Source of the DNA: Octopus vulgaris
Taxonomy: Eukaryota
Assembly (NCBI GenBank): GCA_951406725.2
Contig: OX597833.1
Coordinates: 39,618,001-39,682,000 of the forward strand
Length of the DNA: 64,000 nt
Direction: 5' to 3'
Part shown: piece by piece, positions 54,161 through 64,000 of the stretch
Position numbering within the stretch: position 1 is the first letter of the stretch
How the letters are laid out: every line of letters starts with the position of its first letter
Notes under the pieces: model-generated
Seen by the model: the letters and a program-made list of their open reading frames with translations, nothing else
Told to the model about the DNA's origin: nothing
The model's database searches: none
Translations under genes and position numbers: made by a program

Positions 54161-54225
54161 AACATCTGCACATAGAACATAACTAAAATAAACATAATAA
54201 CACACAGACACATGTATATATATAT

Positions 54226-54295
<70 letters not shown>

Positions 54296-54296
54296 A

Positions 54297-54337
<41 letters not shown>

Positions 54338-54727
54338 GGAACAGTTCAAGTAAGCATACTTGAAGACACATATACACGTAGGGATTGGAATTAATATACA
54401 GAAGGAAAGTACACCAATATATTTATAGCACAAACATAATAACTGACGAGAATACAAGATTCATAGTTAAAATAAAATAAGAAAATGGAATTACAAACCA
54501 CTGTGATTTTAACAATCAACAAGCAGATATTGCTTGAAATGCTATGAAAGGATGAAACTATTAGTAGTAACATAAATTGAATATCAGGCTATTAATTAGA
54601 ATACTGTAGACTTTGCTTCCTAGTGGTGAGCATACTTTTGCTTTCATGCCCTTTATTTTTGTATCTATCAATCAATTTTTCTATGTATTGATTTGTCTGT
54701 CTGTCTATCTATCTATCTATCTATCTT

Positions 54728-54776
<49 letters not shown>

Positions 54777-54829
54777 ATCTATCTATATCTATATCTATCT
54801 TTCTATCTATCTATCTATCTATCTCTCTC

Positions 54830-54893
<64 letters not shown>

Positions 54894-54916
54894 GCTAGCT
54901 AGCTAGCTAGCTATAT

Positions 54917-54964
<48 letters not shown>

Positions 54965-55084
54965 TCGTCTATGAGTGAGTTTTCGTGTTAGCCTTTTGGT
55001 TAAGATCAAAGTGTAGAATATATCTATGTATATATACACACACTTATATATATATATATTTATGTATATATACATATGCATGTA

Positions 55085-55395
55085 TATATGTGTGTGTGAG
55101 AGGGTATATGGCCTAACGGTTGGGGTGTTGCACTTACAATCTTGTGATAGTGGTTTCAATTTCTTGACTGGGTAGTACATTGTGTTCTCGAGCAAAACAC
55201 TTTCTTACATTGCTCTACAATCACTTTGACACCTGATGTGGGGTACACAGTGCACCTGTTCAGACAATGTCAATTGGATTGAGAGAGTGAGCTAATGTGC
55301 AACATGAACATTTGGTCACTATATGCAAAGCATTTGTCCAAATCACTCGGTATAAGCTGAAAGGTCATACATCGTCTTTGATGGGAGAGTCCATA
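55085..55395 (+). mobile_element. tRNA-derived SINE with another tail type
   Basis: tggcctaacggttggggtgttgcac...ttgtgttctcgagcaaaacac head, followed by a unique 3' part. Confidence 0.6.
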
Positions 55396-55403
55396 TATAT
55401 ATA

Positions 55404-56335
55404 CAGGGTGTAGTGAATAAATTGTCATCTAAATTATGCAAAAAGGTAAGTAACACTGACATCTCATTTTACCAAAGTTACATAAAAATATCTTGAAATA
55501 CTAAAGAGTAAATTTATTCAATATATCTCCATTGGCATCAACCACAACCTCCAGACAACTTCAGAATCTCCTGCAACTCTTCTCAACAGTCTCCTTGTTT
55601 AAGTTGGTGAATGCTGCCATAGTCCTTGCCTTCAGTTCATCTTTGGTGTTACAAGGAATTTTGTTGGGCTCTCACTCGACTGTGCCCAACACATAATAAA
55701 CAAAGGGGCTGCAGTCTGAGGTGTTAGGTGGCTAGTTGTTAGAGGTGATGTGGTTGCAGAAATTGTCTAACAGCCATGACTGGGTTCTCCTACTTGTGTG
55801 ACATGGTGCAGAGTCCTGTTGCCAGACATAGGATTTTCCAGGAGCCAGAGCAGCACTCTCTCTCCCAGACACTTGATGTAGGCCTCCGTGTTGAGTCTGA
55901 GGCCATGTGGGTATATGAATGTAGACATAACGTCACTGTCACTAGTGATCACTCCAAACACCATGATGTTGATTGGATGTTTGATTTTTATCACTCTCAG
56001 TACATGTTTTGGGGATATGGCAAGTCAACAATTGTTCTGTGTTCACCATCTGATCCTGGGAGAAATTTTTTCTGGTCTGTAAAAAACCAAAGTATGTTTC
56101 TTGGAGGGGACGCTTGAGTTTGTTCAAAAGCTTCATAGCGTGGTTTTTCCTCTTGTCCTAGATGACTTGGGATAAAAATTGGCCTTTTCTCATCTTGTAT
56201 GAAGAATGCCAAATATCTTCATGCACTACCTACCTAATAAGAAACTTAGGCACTCCCATGTCCCTAGCAATAGACCTAACTGACTTGGAGGGATCGTTGT
56301 CAATCATAGCCTGAATCTCACCAACAAATTCAAGA
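55404..56335 (-). mobile_element. Tc1/mariner-superfamily transposase pseudogene (maT/DD37D-like), 5'-truncated
   Basis: TA-cagggtg terminus; IMVFGVITSD, YVWQQDSAPCHTSRRTQSW and *PPNTSDCSP segments; spacing compatible with DD37D. Confidence 0.85.
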
Positions 56336-56611
56336 CTTAATCCCCTTGTCTGTCCTTGATTGTCCCCTCCATCTTTAGCCCCTTGTGGGCAATAAAGAAA
56401 TAAGAAATGTTAGCACGCTGTGTGAAATACTTAGTGGTATTTCGTCTGTTTTTAAATTCCGTTGAGGTTGACTTTGCCTTTCATCCTTTCGGGGTTGATA
56501 AATTAGGTACCTGATGTGTACTGGGATCAATCTAATCAACTGGCCTCATCCCCTAAAATTTTGGGCTTTCTGCCTAGAAAAGAAAAGAATGTATCTATCT
56601 ACTATAATCTG

Positions 56612-56644
<33 letters not shown>

Positions 56645-56964
56645 TCTCCCTTCTCTCACTCCCTCTCCCCCTTCACTCCCTCTCTGCCTCTCTCCACTTG
56701 ATTTTAAAACTAAATCGTTTTTGGATTCAGTTATAAAAACAAGTGGAGAGAAGCCAGTTAGCCAACCATGACCAAACACAGCACACACCCTCATATACAA
56801 AGAAATACCCTAAACATCCACCCACTTTCAAAAGATAGGAACAGTTAATTGACACCCTTATCTGATCAATTGTAAAAGATCTGATACATATAGCTCTAAC
56901 CATGCACAACAAATCTAAACCCATGAAAAAAAAAGTAACAGATCAATCTGTCTATCAATTTCAT

Positions 56965-57770
56965 TCAATCATTCTTTCTCTCTATCTCTCTCTCTTTCTC
57001 TCTGTATCTGCTTCCCTCAGTCTGTCTCCCTCTCCTCTCTCTCTCCCTCTTCCCCTATCTCCCTCTCCTCTCTCTCTCTTCCTCCCTCTCCTGCTCCCAC
57101 TCCTGCTCTCCCCCTCTCTCTCTTTCTCTCTATATCTGTTTCCCTCAGTCTGTCTCCTCCCACTCTCCCTCTCCCTCTCTCACTCTGTGTTGCCCTCTGT
57201 CTGTCTCTCCCTCTCTCTCCCTCCTCTTTCTTCCTCTCTCTCCCTCCTCTTTCTTCCTCCCTCTCCCTCTCCTGCTCTCCCTCTCACTCTCTCATTCTCT
57301 CTATACCTGGTTCCCTCAGTCTATCTCCCTCTCCCCCTCTCTGTCTCTCCCTCTCTCACTGTATGTTTCCCTCTGTCTGTCTCTTTCCCTCACTTTCCCT
57401 CTCTCTTCCTCTCTCTCCCTCTCCCACTTCTGCTCTCCCTCTCTCTCTCTCTCTCTGTCTCTTTCTCTCTATATCTGTTTCCTTCAATCTGCCTCCCTCT
57501 CCCCCTGTGTTTCCCTGTCTGTCTCTCTTTCCCTCTCTCTCCCTCTTACCCCTCTCTCTCTTCCTTCCTCTCCCTCCCCTCCCGCTCTCGCTTTCTCTTT
57601 CTCTCTATATCTCTTTCCCTCAGTCTGTCTCCCTCCCTCTCTGTCTCTTCCCCTCTCTCACTATGTGTTTTCCTCAGTCTGCCTGTCTCTTTCCCTCACT
57701 CTCCCTCCCTCTCTCTCCCTCTCTCTCTTCCTCCCTCTCCCACTCCTGCTCTCTCCCTCTCTCTCTCAAT
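56965..57770. repeat. ~800-bp polypyrimidine tract with higher-order units
   Basis: CT-rich with recurring ctctatatctgtttccctcagtctgtctcc; it explains the 304-aa L/S/P ORF. Confidence 0.9.
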
Positions 57771-58052
57771 ATATACACATAGACACACATACATACACAT
57801 GCACACACATCTTTAAGTAATGGTCATTCAATTATACATATACGTATTTCCTCTTGAAACTTTAATGAATGATAACTTAGACATAAATCATTATTATGTA
57901 ATAAATATATCAACTCTGTTATAGAATACACTTTACTTAGTGGTTTCAATATTACAGATGTAATATGAATGTATATGCATGTGTGCTTGCATATATGTGT
58001 ATATGCATATATGTATTCATGTGCTTTTGCATATATGTCTGCATATATGCAA

Positions 58053-58755
58053 AAGGATGGCGACAACGTGCAGACGACTGGCTGGATGGATCCCAAGAAC
58101 ATTCAGAACCAGAGATAAGGAAACCATGATGGTCTTCTGGTGGACATTCGTCCTCAGCCACCTGGATTACTGCTCACAGCTATGGTCACCCACCGGTGTG
58201 AAATTAACAGCGGGCCTTGAAGCAATCCAGAGAAGATTCACAAAGATCATCTCTTTGCAACAGCTCAGCTACTGGGAAAGGTTGAAACAGCTAAGACTCT
58301 ACTCCCTGGAGAGAAGACGGGAGAGGTATGCAGTAATATATATTTGGAAGATCCTGGAAGGAATTGTGCCAAGTTTTGGCATTGAAAGCTACACCAATGC
58401 CAGAACGGGATGACACTGCATAGTGCCAAAGATCCCAGCAATGCCATCATGCTTCAGGACCAGTTACTGCAACAGCCTGGGTTTCAGGGGCCCACAGCTT
58501 TTTAATATTCTCCCAAAGAGCCTGAGGAACCTGCACAAAGTAGATGTAGGGGTTTTTAAATCAAAGCTGGACCTCTTCCTGTCAAGAGTCCCAGATGAAC
58601 ATACCTCACAGCAAGAGGTGCAACTGAGGGTAGCTATATCAACTCCATTCTTCACCAAGTGCCACATATTAGAGGAGGCTCTCAGTAGTAAAAGTGTAGT
58701 ATAACAGTGGTGCATCAGCATGGTCGCAGCTCTGAGCTGAAACTAGAAAGAGAAA
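58053..58755 (+). mobile_element. 5'-truncated CR1-group LINE (ORF2 C-terminus plus tail)
   Basis: LSHLDYCSQLWSP...LEAIQRRFTK...LSYWERLKQLRLYSLERRRER, one stop, then GPQLFNILPKSLRN...FKSKLDLFL; tail stem-loop cagctc-t-gagctg. Confidence 0.9.
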
Positions 58756-59087
58756 AAAATATTAATATATTCAAACATAAATGCATGAATATTCATATCC
58801 ATTTCTATGCACACACACACACACTTATGGACATATGTATACACTTACATACATGTATATATAAATATACATCTATACATGTGTGAGCTAGAGAATGTAA
58901 TATAAGCATAAGAGATCAAAATTTGAGTCACAACAGTTGATTAAATCTACCTCAGCACATAACTAGTAATTATTTGATCAACCCAAAGAAGAATAGCACA
59001 AACAAAATTTTAATTTCTTTTTTGTCTTTTGTTAGTAAATGTTATTTCCTCTTTGCCTCTATCTAGAAGTCAAAGGAAATGACTACT

Positions 59088-59391
59088 ATTCCCTTCAAAC
59101 TTTGCTCTTGTGACCTGGACAATCAATGTTTTGAAACTGACTTATTTTCCATTACATTTCAGATTTCGTGCTGAGTTGCTGAAGTAGAAATATTGTTATA
59201 CCAAATATCCTGCTCAGTACCACAGATTTGTTTGTCAGTTGCTTGACCTTAATCACTTGAGCATGCCCCTTAGTGGCTGACAATATGTGTATCTCTGACC
59301 ATGAGGAGTAGTGGAGGAGCATCATAGTCAGGTGTTGAAAGGGGTTCTTTAGGGTTTGAATAAATGTAACAAAAGCAAAGTTTGAGGGAAA
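59088..59391. mobile_element. MITE-like element
   Basis: Inverted repeat ttcccttcaaactttgctcttgtgac / gtaacaaaagcaaagtttgagggaa. Confidence 0.55.
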
Positions 59392-60931
59392 TATTAAGCC
59401 ATTTTTCATACTTTCTAGGGGTAAGCTAATAGGAAATAACCATTGCTATCCAAGGACAAAAATCGTGTTACACAGTATATTAAACAAAGACACCTTTAGC
59501 TTAATTCCAGAATGAAAGAGGAGCAAATAAGACATCATCATTATCATCATCATCATCCCCATTGTCCACTTTTCCATGCTTGTATGGGTCAGATGAAATC
59601 AGATTTAGAGTCAGATGTCCTTGGTGAGAATCATGGGAACAATCATGTGACAGTTTTTCATTGGTTATTACTGAATTTTCTATAAAGAAAGTTCACAATT
59701 TTTATTATTTAAAACAATTAAGATTGTTTTCTCAATACAGAAAATAAGATTCTAAAAAATTGCAAGTCAAATAAAATTGAATTATGTAGAAATAATAGCA
59801 ATAAAAGCAATAAAAACAGATGTAAAGTAAAATAAAACAAATAAATGTATAAATTTTTTTAAAAAAACATGTCATTATTCCTCAGTTACTGTTATTAACA
59901 TTGCCGTTAATTTACCATCCCCGCCAATAACAATGGCAACAACAACAACAACATCACTGTGACAGCCGCCACCACCACTACTCCCACAACCAACACTAAC
60001 ACCACAATCAACATAACAATCACTTCTACCAACACTCACCAACACCACTAAGAGTATTACCATTGATACAATCAAGAAACACAACGTGGATCACCTCATA
60101 TACATACACACATGCACAAATACATACACACATATCATATATGTATATATATATATATATATATTTATGATATATATATAGACATGCATTTATGATATAT
60201 ATATATATTCTAAATATAACAGAGGTGCTCTAATTGTTGCTTAACATTTCCAGTTCAGGTTATATATATATATATATATCAAGTATTTATTTATACATAC
60301 ATGCATACATACACATGCATATATACATGCACACACATCTAATGCCTGCACCAATATTTTGAAATTGGTAGTATTGGAATGGTTGCTTGCGTATGAGAAA
60401 TGATGAGGGGAAAATATGTGTGTGTGTGTGTTGCGTATGTGTGTGTGTATGTGTGCGTGTGTGTGTGTGAATGTGTGTGTGTATACAGATATAGATAGTT
60501 ACAGATATATATATATATATATACATACGCATACATATATATACACACATATATATATGTATGTATGCATGTATGTATTTATGCATGTATGTATGGAGGT
60601 ATGAATGTACAGAGAGAGAGAGAAGAGGGATACAGAAAAATAAGCTAGGAGGAAAACTAAGTAAAAGACTGGATATATGAGTGTGAGACGAGAAATAAGG
60701 GAGGGCTGAACAAATAGTAAGACATTGACACACATAAAGAAATAATAAATCTTTTAAAAACTTGAAACATCATACAGAGAACATAATCCTATTTTGAATA
60801 ACATTGTCAAAAGCCATACAAAGACAAATTCCTCAAACAATGAGAAATTTGGGGAATTGGTGTTAGGAAGTACACAATTTCATGTGGTAATTTATCAATG
60901 AAATTTTATGAAAAATTGTACCAACAATATA

Positions 60932-61497
60932 TTGGGTTGTCCGGAAAGCTTGTGCCAATTTATAGTAGCTTACCTTTCGACTTATTTTAGAACATGGTTG
61001 AGTCCATGAAACAGGATTTGACTACACCTCTATTTAGAGCACAGTTTAAGCTATCTTTTCTTGGAAGAAGGTTTATGTTCCTATAACCTGTGTTAATTCT
61101 GTAACCCTTTAAAATGGAAGGTAAGAAAGTTCATTTTCGGCACTTGATGATTTGTGACCCAGACAAAATTTGCTGCAGCTCGGCTGGGATGTGTTACCCC
61201 ACCCTCCATATTCACCAGATATTGCTCCTTCAGATTTTCACTTATTCAGGTCTCTGCAGAATAGTCTTAATGGTAAAAATGTCAACTCCTTGGATGATGT
61301 AAAAAGATACCTTGATGAATTCTTTGCCATGAAACCACCTGAATTCTGGGAAAAAGGTATTTTCAAGTTAAAGGAAAGATGGAGACGCATTGTGCAACAA
61401 AATGGTTCATCTTTGGTTGATTAAAAATGTAATGGCAAGTATTTATTGACCTTTTTCTTTCCTTTAAAAATCAGCACGAACTTTCCAGACAAGCCAA
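60932..61497 (+). mobile_element. Internally deleted mariner (566 bp)
   Basis: TA-ttgggttgtccggaaag...ctttccagacaagccaa-TA; N-terminal MEGKKVHFRHLMI joined to WDVLPHPPYSPDIAPSDFHLF. Confidence 0.92.
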
Positions 61498-61504
61498 TAT
61501 ATAT

Positions 61505-61897
61505 ATTCTTTTATTTGTTTTGGTCGTTTGACTGCAGTCATGCTAGAGCACCACCTTGAAGGAATTTTAGCTGAACTAATCAACCACAGGACTTATTTTT
61601 TTAAGCCCAGTACTTATTTTATCATTCTCTTTTGCTGAATTGCTAAGTTATGGGGATGTAAACACACCAGCACTGGTTGTCAAGTAGTAATGGGGGAACA
61701 CACACAGACACAAAGACATACACACATAGATATATACATACATATATATATACATGTATATATAGTCTGTCAACCAGAGTCTATCAACCAAATCCACTCA
61801 CAAGGTTTTGGTCAGTCCAAGAAGACACTTGCCCTGGTTGCCACGCAGTGAGACTGAACCCTGAACCATGTGATTGGGGAGCAAGCTTTTTACCATA
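61505..61897 (-). mobile_element. Family A SINE
   Basis: Diverged head and tail present. Confidence 0.8.
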
Positions 61898-62299
61898 CAT
61901 ATGCATACATACATATATATATTTATATATCTGTGCATGTGTGCATGCTAATATTTGTTTGCTTTGAAATGACATGGAAATTTTTCAGTGAATCTTCTTC
62001 AAAAATCTGAATGCAAATCAGAAATCACACCACCATAATAATGCATAAAGAAATAACGCTGGGTCTGAAGTCCTCAAATGTAAAATGGAAAGAAGGCCTG
62101 AAAAAAAATGTTGTAGGACTGATAGTCGTAAGGAAATAGACTAGAAAGGCAAGTGTGCAAGTAGAGACATCTTGTAAGTTCATGATATAAAAGTCTGCTT
62201 TTCTCTCTCCCCCAGTTTGTCTTTAATCTCTCCTTTTCTTCTGTGCACTGTTTTGCTCTCTGCCTTACTTTAATTTCGTCTCTCTCCAGCTCACACAAA

Positions 62300-62338
<39 letters not shown>

Positions 62339-62724
62339 CCACACTTTCTTACAATTTCACTTAATAACCTATATATTGGAACACTGCAGTTATTAAACCT
62401 CCTCATTTAAAACATTTAAAAATCATATCTCCAAAATGTTCATTTTAAATACCATTGAAAACAGAAAATAATCTTTATTTGTTTCATTTATTGTTTCACA
62501 TTTAAATTTGTTTAGATTTATAAAATAAAATATTCAGGCATCATGCTCCATGAATTGAAATGCTAGTTTTCACAAGGTTTGTAATGAGCAAATAAAAAGA
62601 AATCTCTCTTCCTTTCCCTTTGTTATTCTCCCTCCCTTCTTCCCTCTCTCCATATATATATATATATATATATTTCAATAATAATATTTAATTGTCATAT
62701 TCTCAAATTTACACTTGAAATGCT

Positions 62725-62787
62725 GCGCTGAAGAGGTGAAATAAGTAAGTAAATATAGACCTTACTCTAATCCCGAAACGCGTTTGT
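62725..62787 (+). ncRNA. Minimal hammerhead motif with weak stem I
   Basis: gcg CTGAAGA gg...cc GAAA cgcg TT tgt; same family as 50760-50814. Confidence 0.5.
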
Positions 62788-62973
62788 GTCTAATCTAAGT
62801 CATGTAGATTCGCTATTTTTTCTCTTTGCCCACGTAAAAAAAAGTGTGTTATAGTCTGGGAGATACTTATGGCAGTGGAAAAAGTATTTTAACTGCTATT
62901 TCTAAATTTGGTGTGTGGCGAAGCAATTAGCTGACCCCCTGATTATAATTATGCTTATAATTATAGAATATTT

Positions 62974-63011
<38 letters not shown>

Positions 63012-63013
<2 letters not shown>

Positions 63014-63155
63014 TGAGGTGGTATTAAAAAGTTCCCAGACTAGTTCTGTTGCGTGCCAACAGATGGCAGTACACAATTGCATGCACAGTGATAGCTAGTA
63101 GTGACCTTCATGAGGTGATGTGCTGAGTGATATCACTGTATTTACTTTGCAAGTT
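63012..63155 (+). mobile_element. 5' end of the same mariner family as 20731-21651
   Basis: aaaagttcccagactagttctg...cactgtatttactttgcaagtt matches 20745-20868. Confidence 0.85.
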
Positions 63156-63515
63156 CAGGTTCAGTCCCACTGTGTGGCACCTTGGGCAAGTGTCTTCTGC
63201 TATAGCCTCAGGCCGACCAAAGCCTTGTGAGTGGATTTGGTAGACGGAAACTGAAAGAAGCCCGTCGTATATATATATATATATGTGTGTGTGCGTGTGT
63301 GTGCGTATATGCTTGTGTGTATGTGTCCCCCCAACATCACTTGACAACCGATGCTGGTGTGTTTACATCCCCATAACTTAGCGGTTCGGCAAAAGAGATC
63401 GATAGAATAAGTACTAGGCTTTCAAAGAATAAGTCCTGGGGTCGATTTGCTTGACTAAAGGCAGTGCTCCAGCATATCTGCAGTCAAAATGACTGAAACA
63501 AGTAAAGGAGTAAAG
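63156..63515 (+). mobile_element. Family A SINE, 5'-truncated
   Basis: ggttcagtcccactgtgtggcacc through to the tail gactgaaacaagtaaa. Confidence 0.9.
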
Positions 63516-63569
63516 GAATGTACATAATTACTCTTCTCTTAAATATAGAAATATATTCCTTTATTCTTT

Positions 63570-64000
63570 TATTCTGTTACTTGTTTCAGTCAGCTGATTG
63601 TGGCCATGCAGGAGAACCACTTTTTAGTTGAAGAAATCGACTACTGGACTTATTCTTTGTAAGCCTGGTCTTTATTCTATCGGTCTCTTCTGCCGAACTG
63701 CTAAGTTATGGGATGTAAACATACCAACATCAGTTGTCAAGTGCTGGTGGGGTGGGGGAAGGACAAACACAGACACAAACACACATAAATATATACTTAT
63801 ATATATATATATATATATATACATACATACAATAGGCTTCTTTCAGTTTCCGTCTACCAAATCCACTCACAAGACTTTGGTCAGCCTGAAGCTATAGTAT
63901 AAGACACTTGCCCAATTTGCCATGCAGCAGAACCATGTGAACTCAGGACCATGTGGTTAGAAAGCAAGCTTCTTACCACACAGCCATGCCTGTGCCTATA
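63570..64000 (-). mobile_element. Family A SINE
   Basis: Runs from tail to head, ending ccacacagccatgcctgtgcct. Confidence 0.85.

Noticed and set aside
56902-57816. Longest ORF (304 aa)
   Set aside because: The CT-rich tract lacks stops by composition and has no domain signal.
61170-61424. Host SETMAR-like gene
   Set aside because: It lies between TIRs with a TA duplication in an internally deleted mariner, and there is no SET domain.

Overview
AT-rich, microsatellite-dense eukaryotic DNA with no host exon that I can support, so it is probably intronic or intergenic. The repeat content points to a cephalopod, most likely Octopus; this is inferred from SINE family appearance, not from a search. 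The window contains many tRNA-derived SINEs, 5'-truncated RTE and CR1-like LINEs, Penelope-like (PLE) remnants, mariner/Tc1/maT and hAT relics, minisatellites and large palindromes. Almost all ORFs in the track are simple-repeat artefacts. The main result is a diverged ~331-bp tandem repeat at 1324-2145 whose two complete units each carry a type I hammerhead ribozyme (HHR) fold, a retrozyme-like, potentially circRNA-producing array. At least six more HHR motifs are dispersed across the window, mostly beside PLE-like ends and palindromes. All folds and alignments were done by eye, and element boundaries are approximate.
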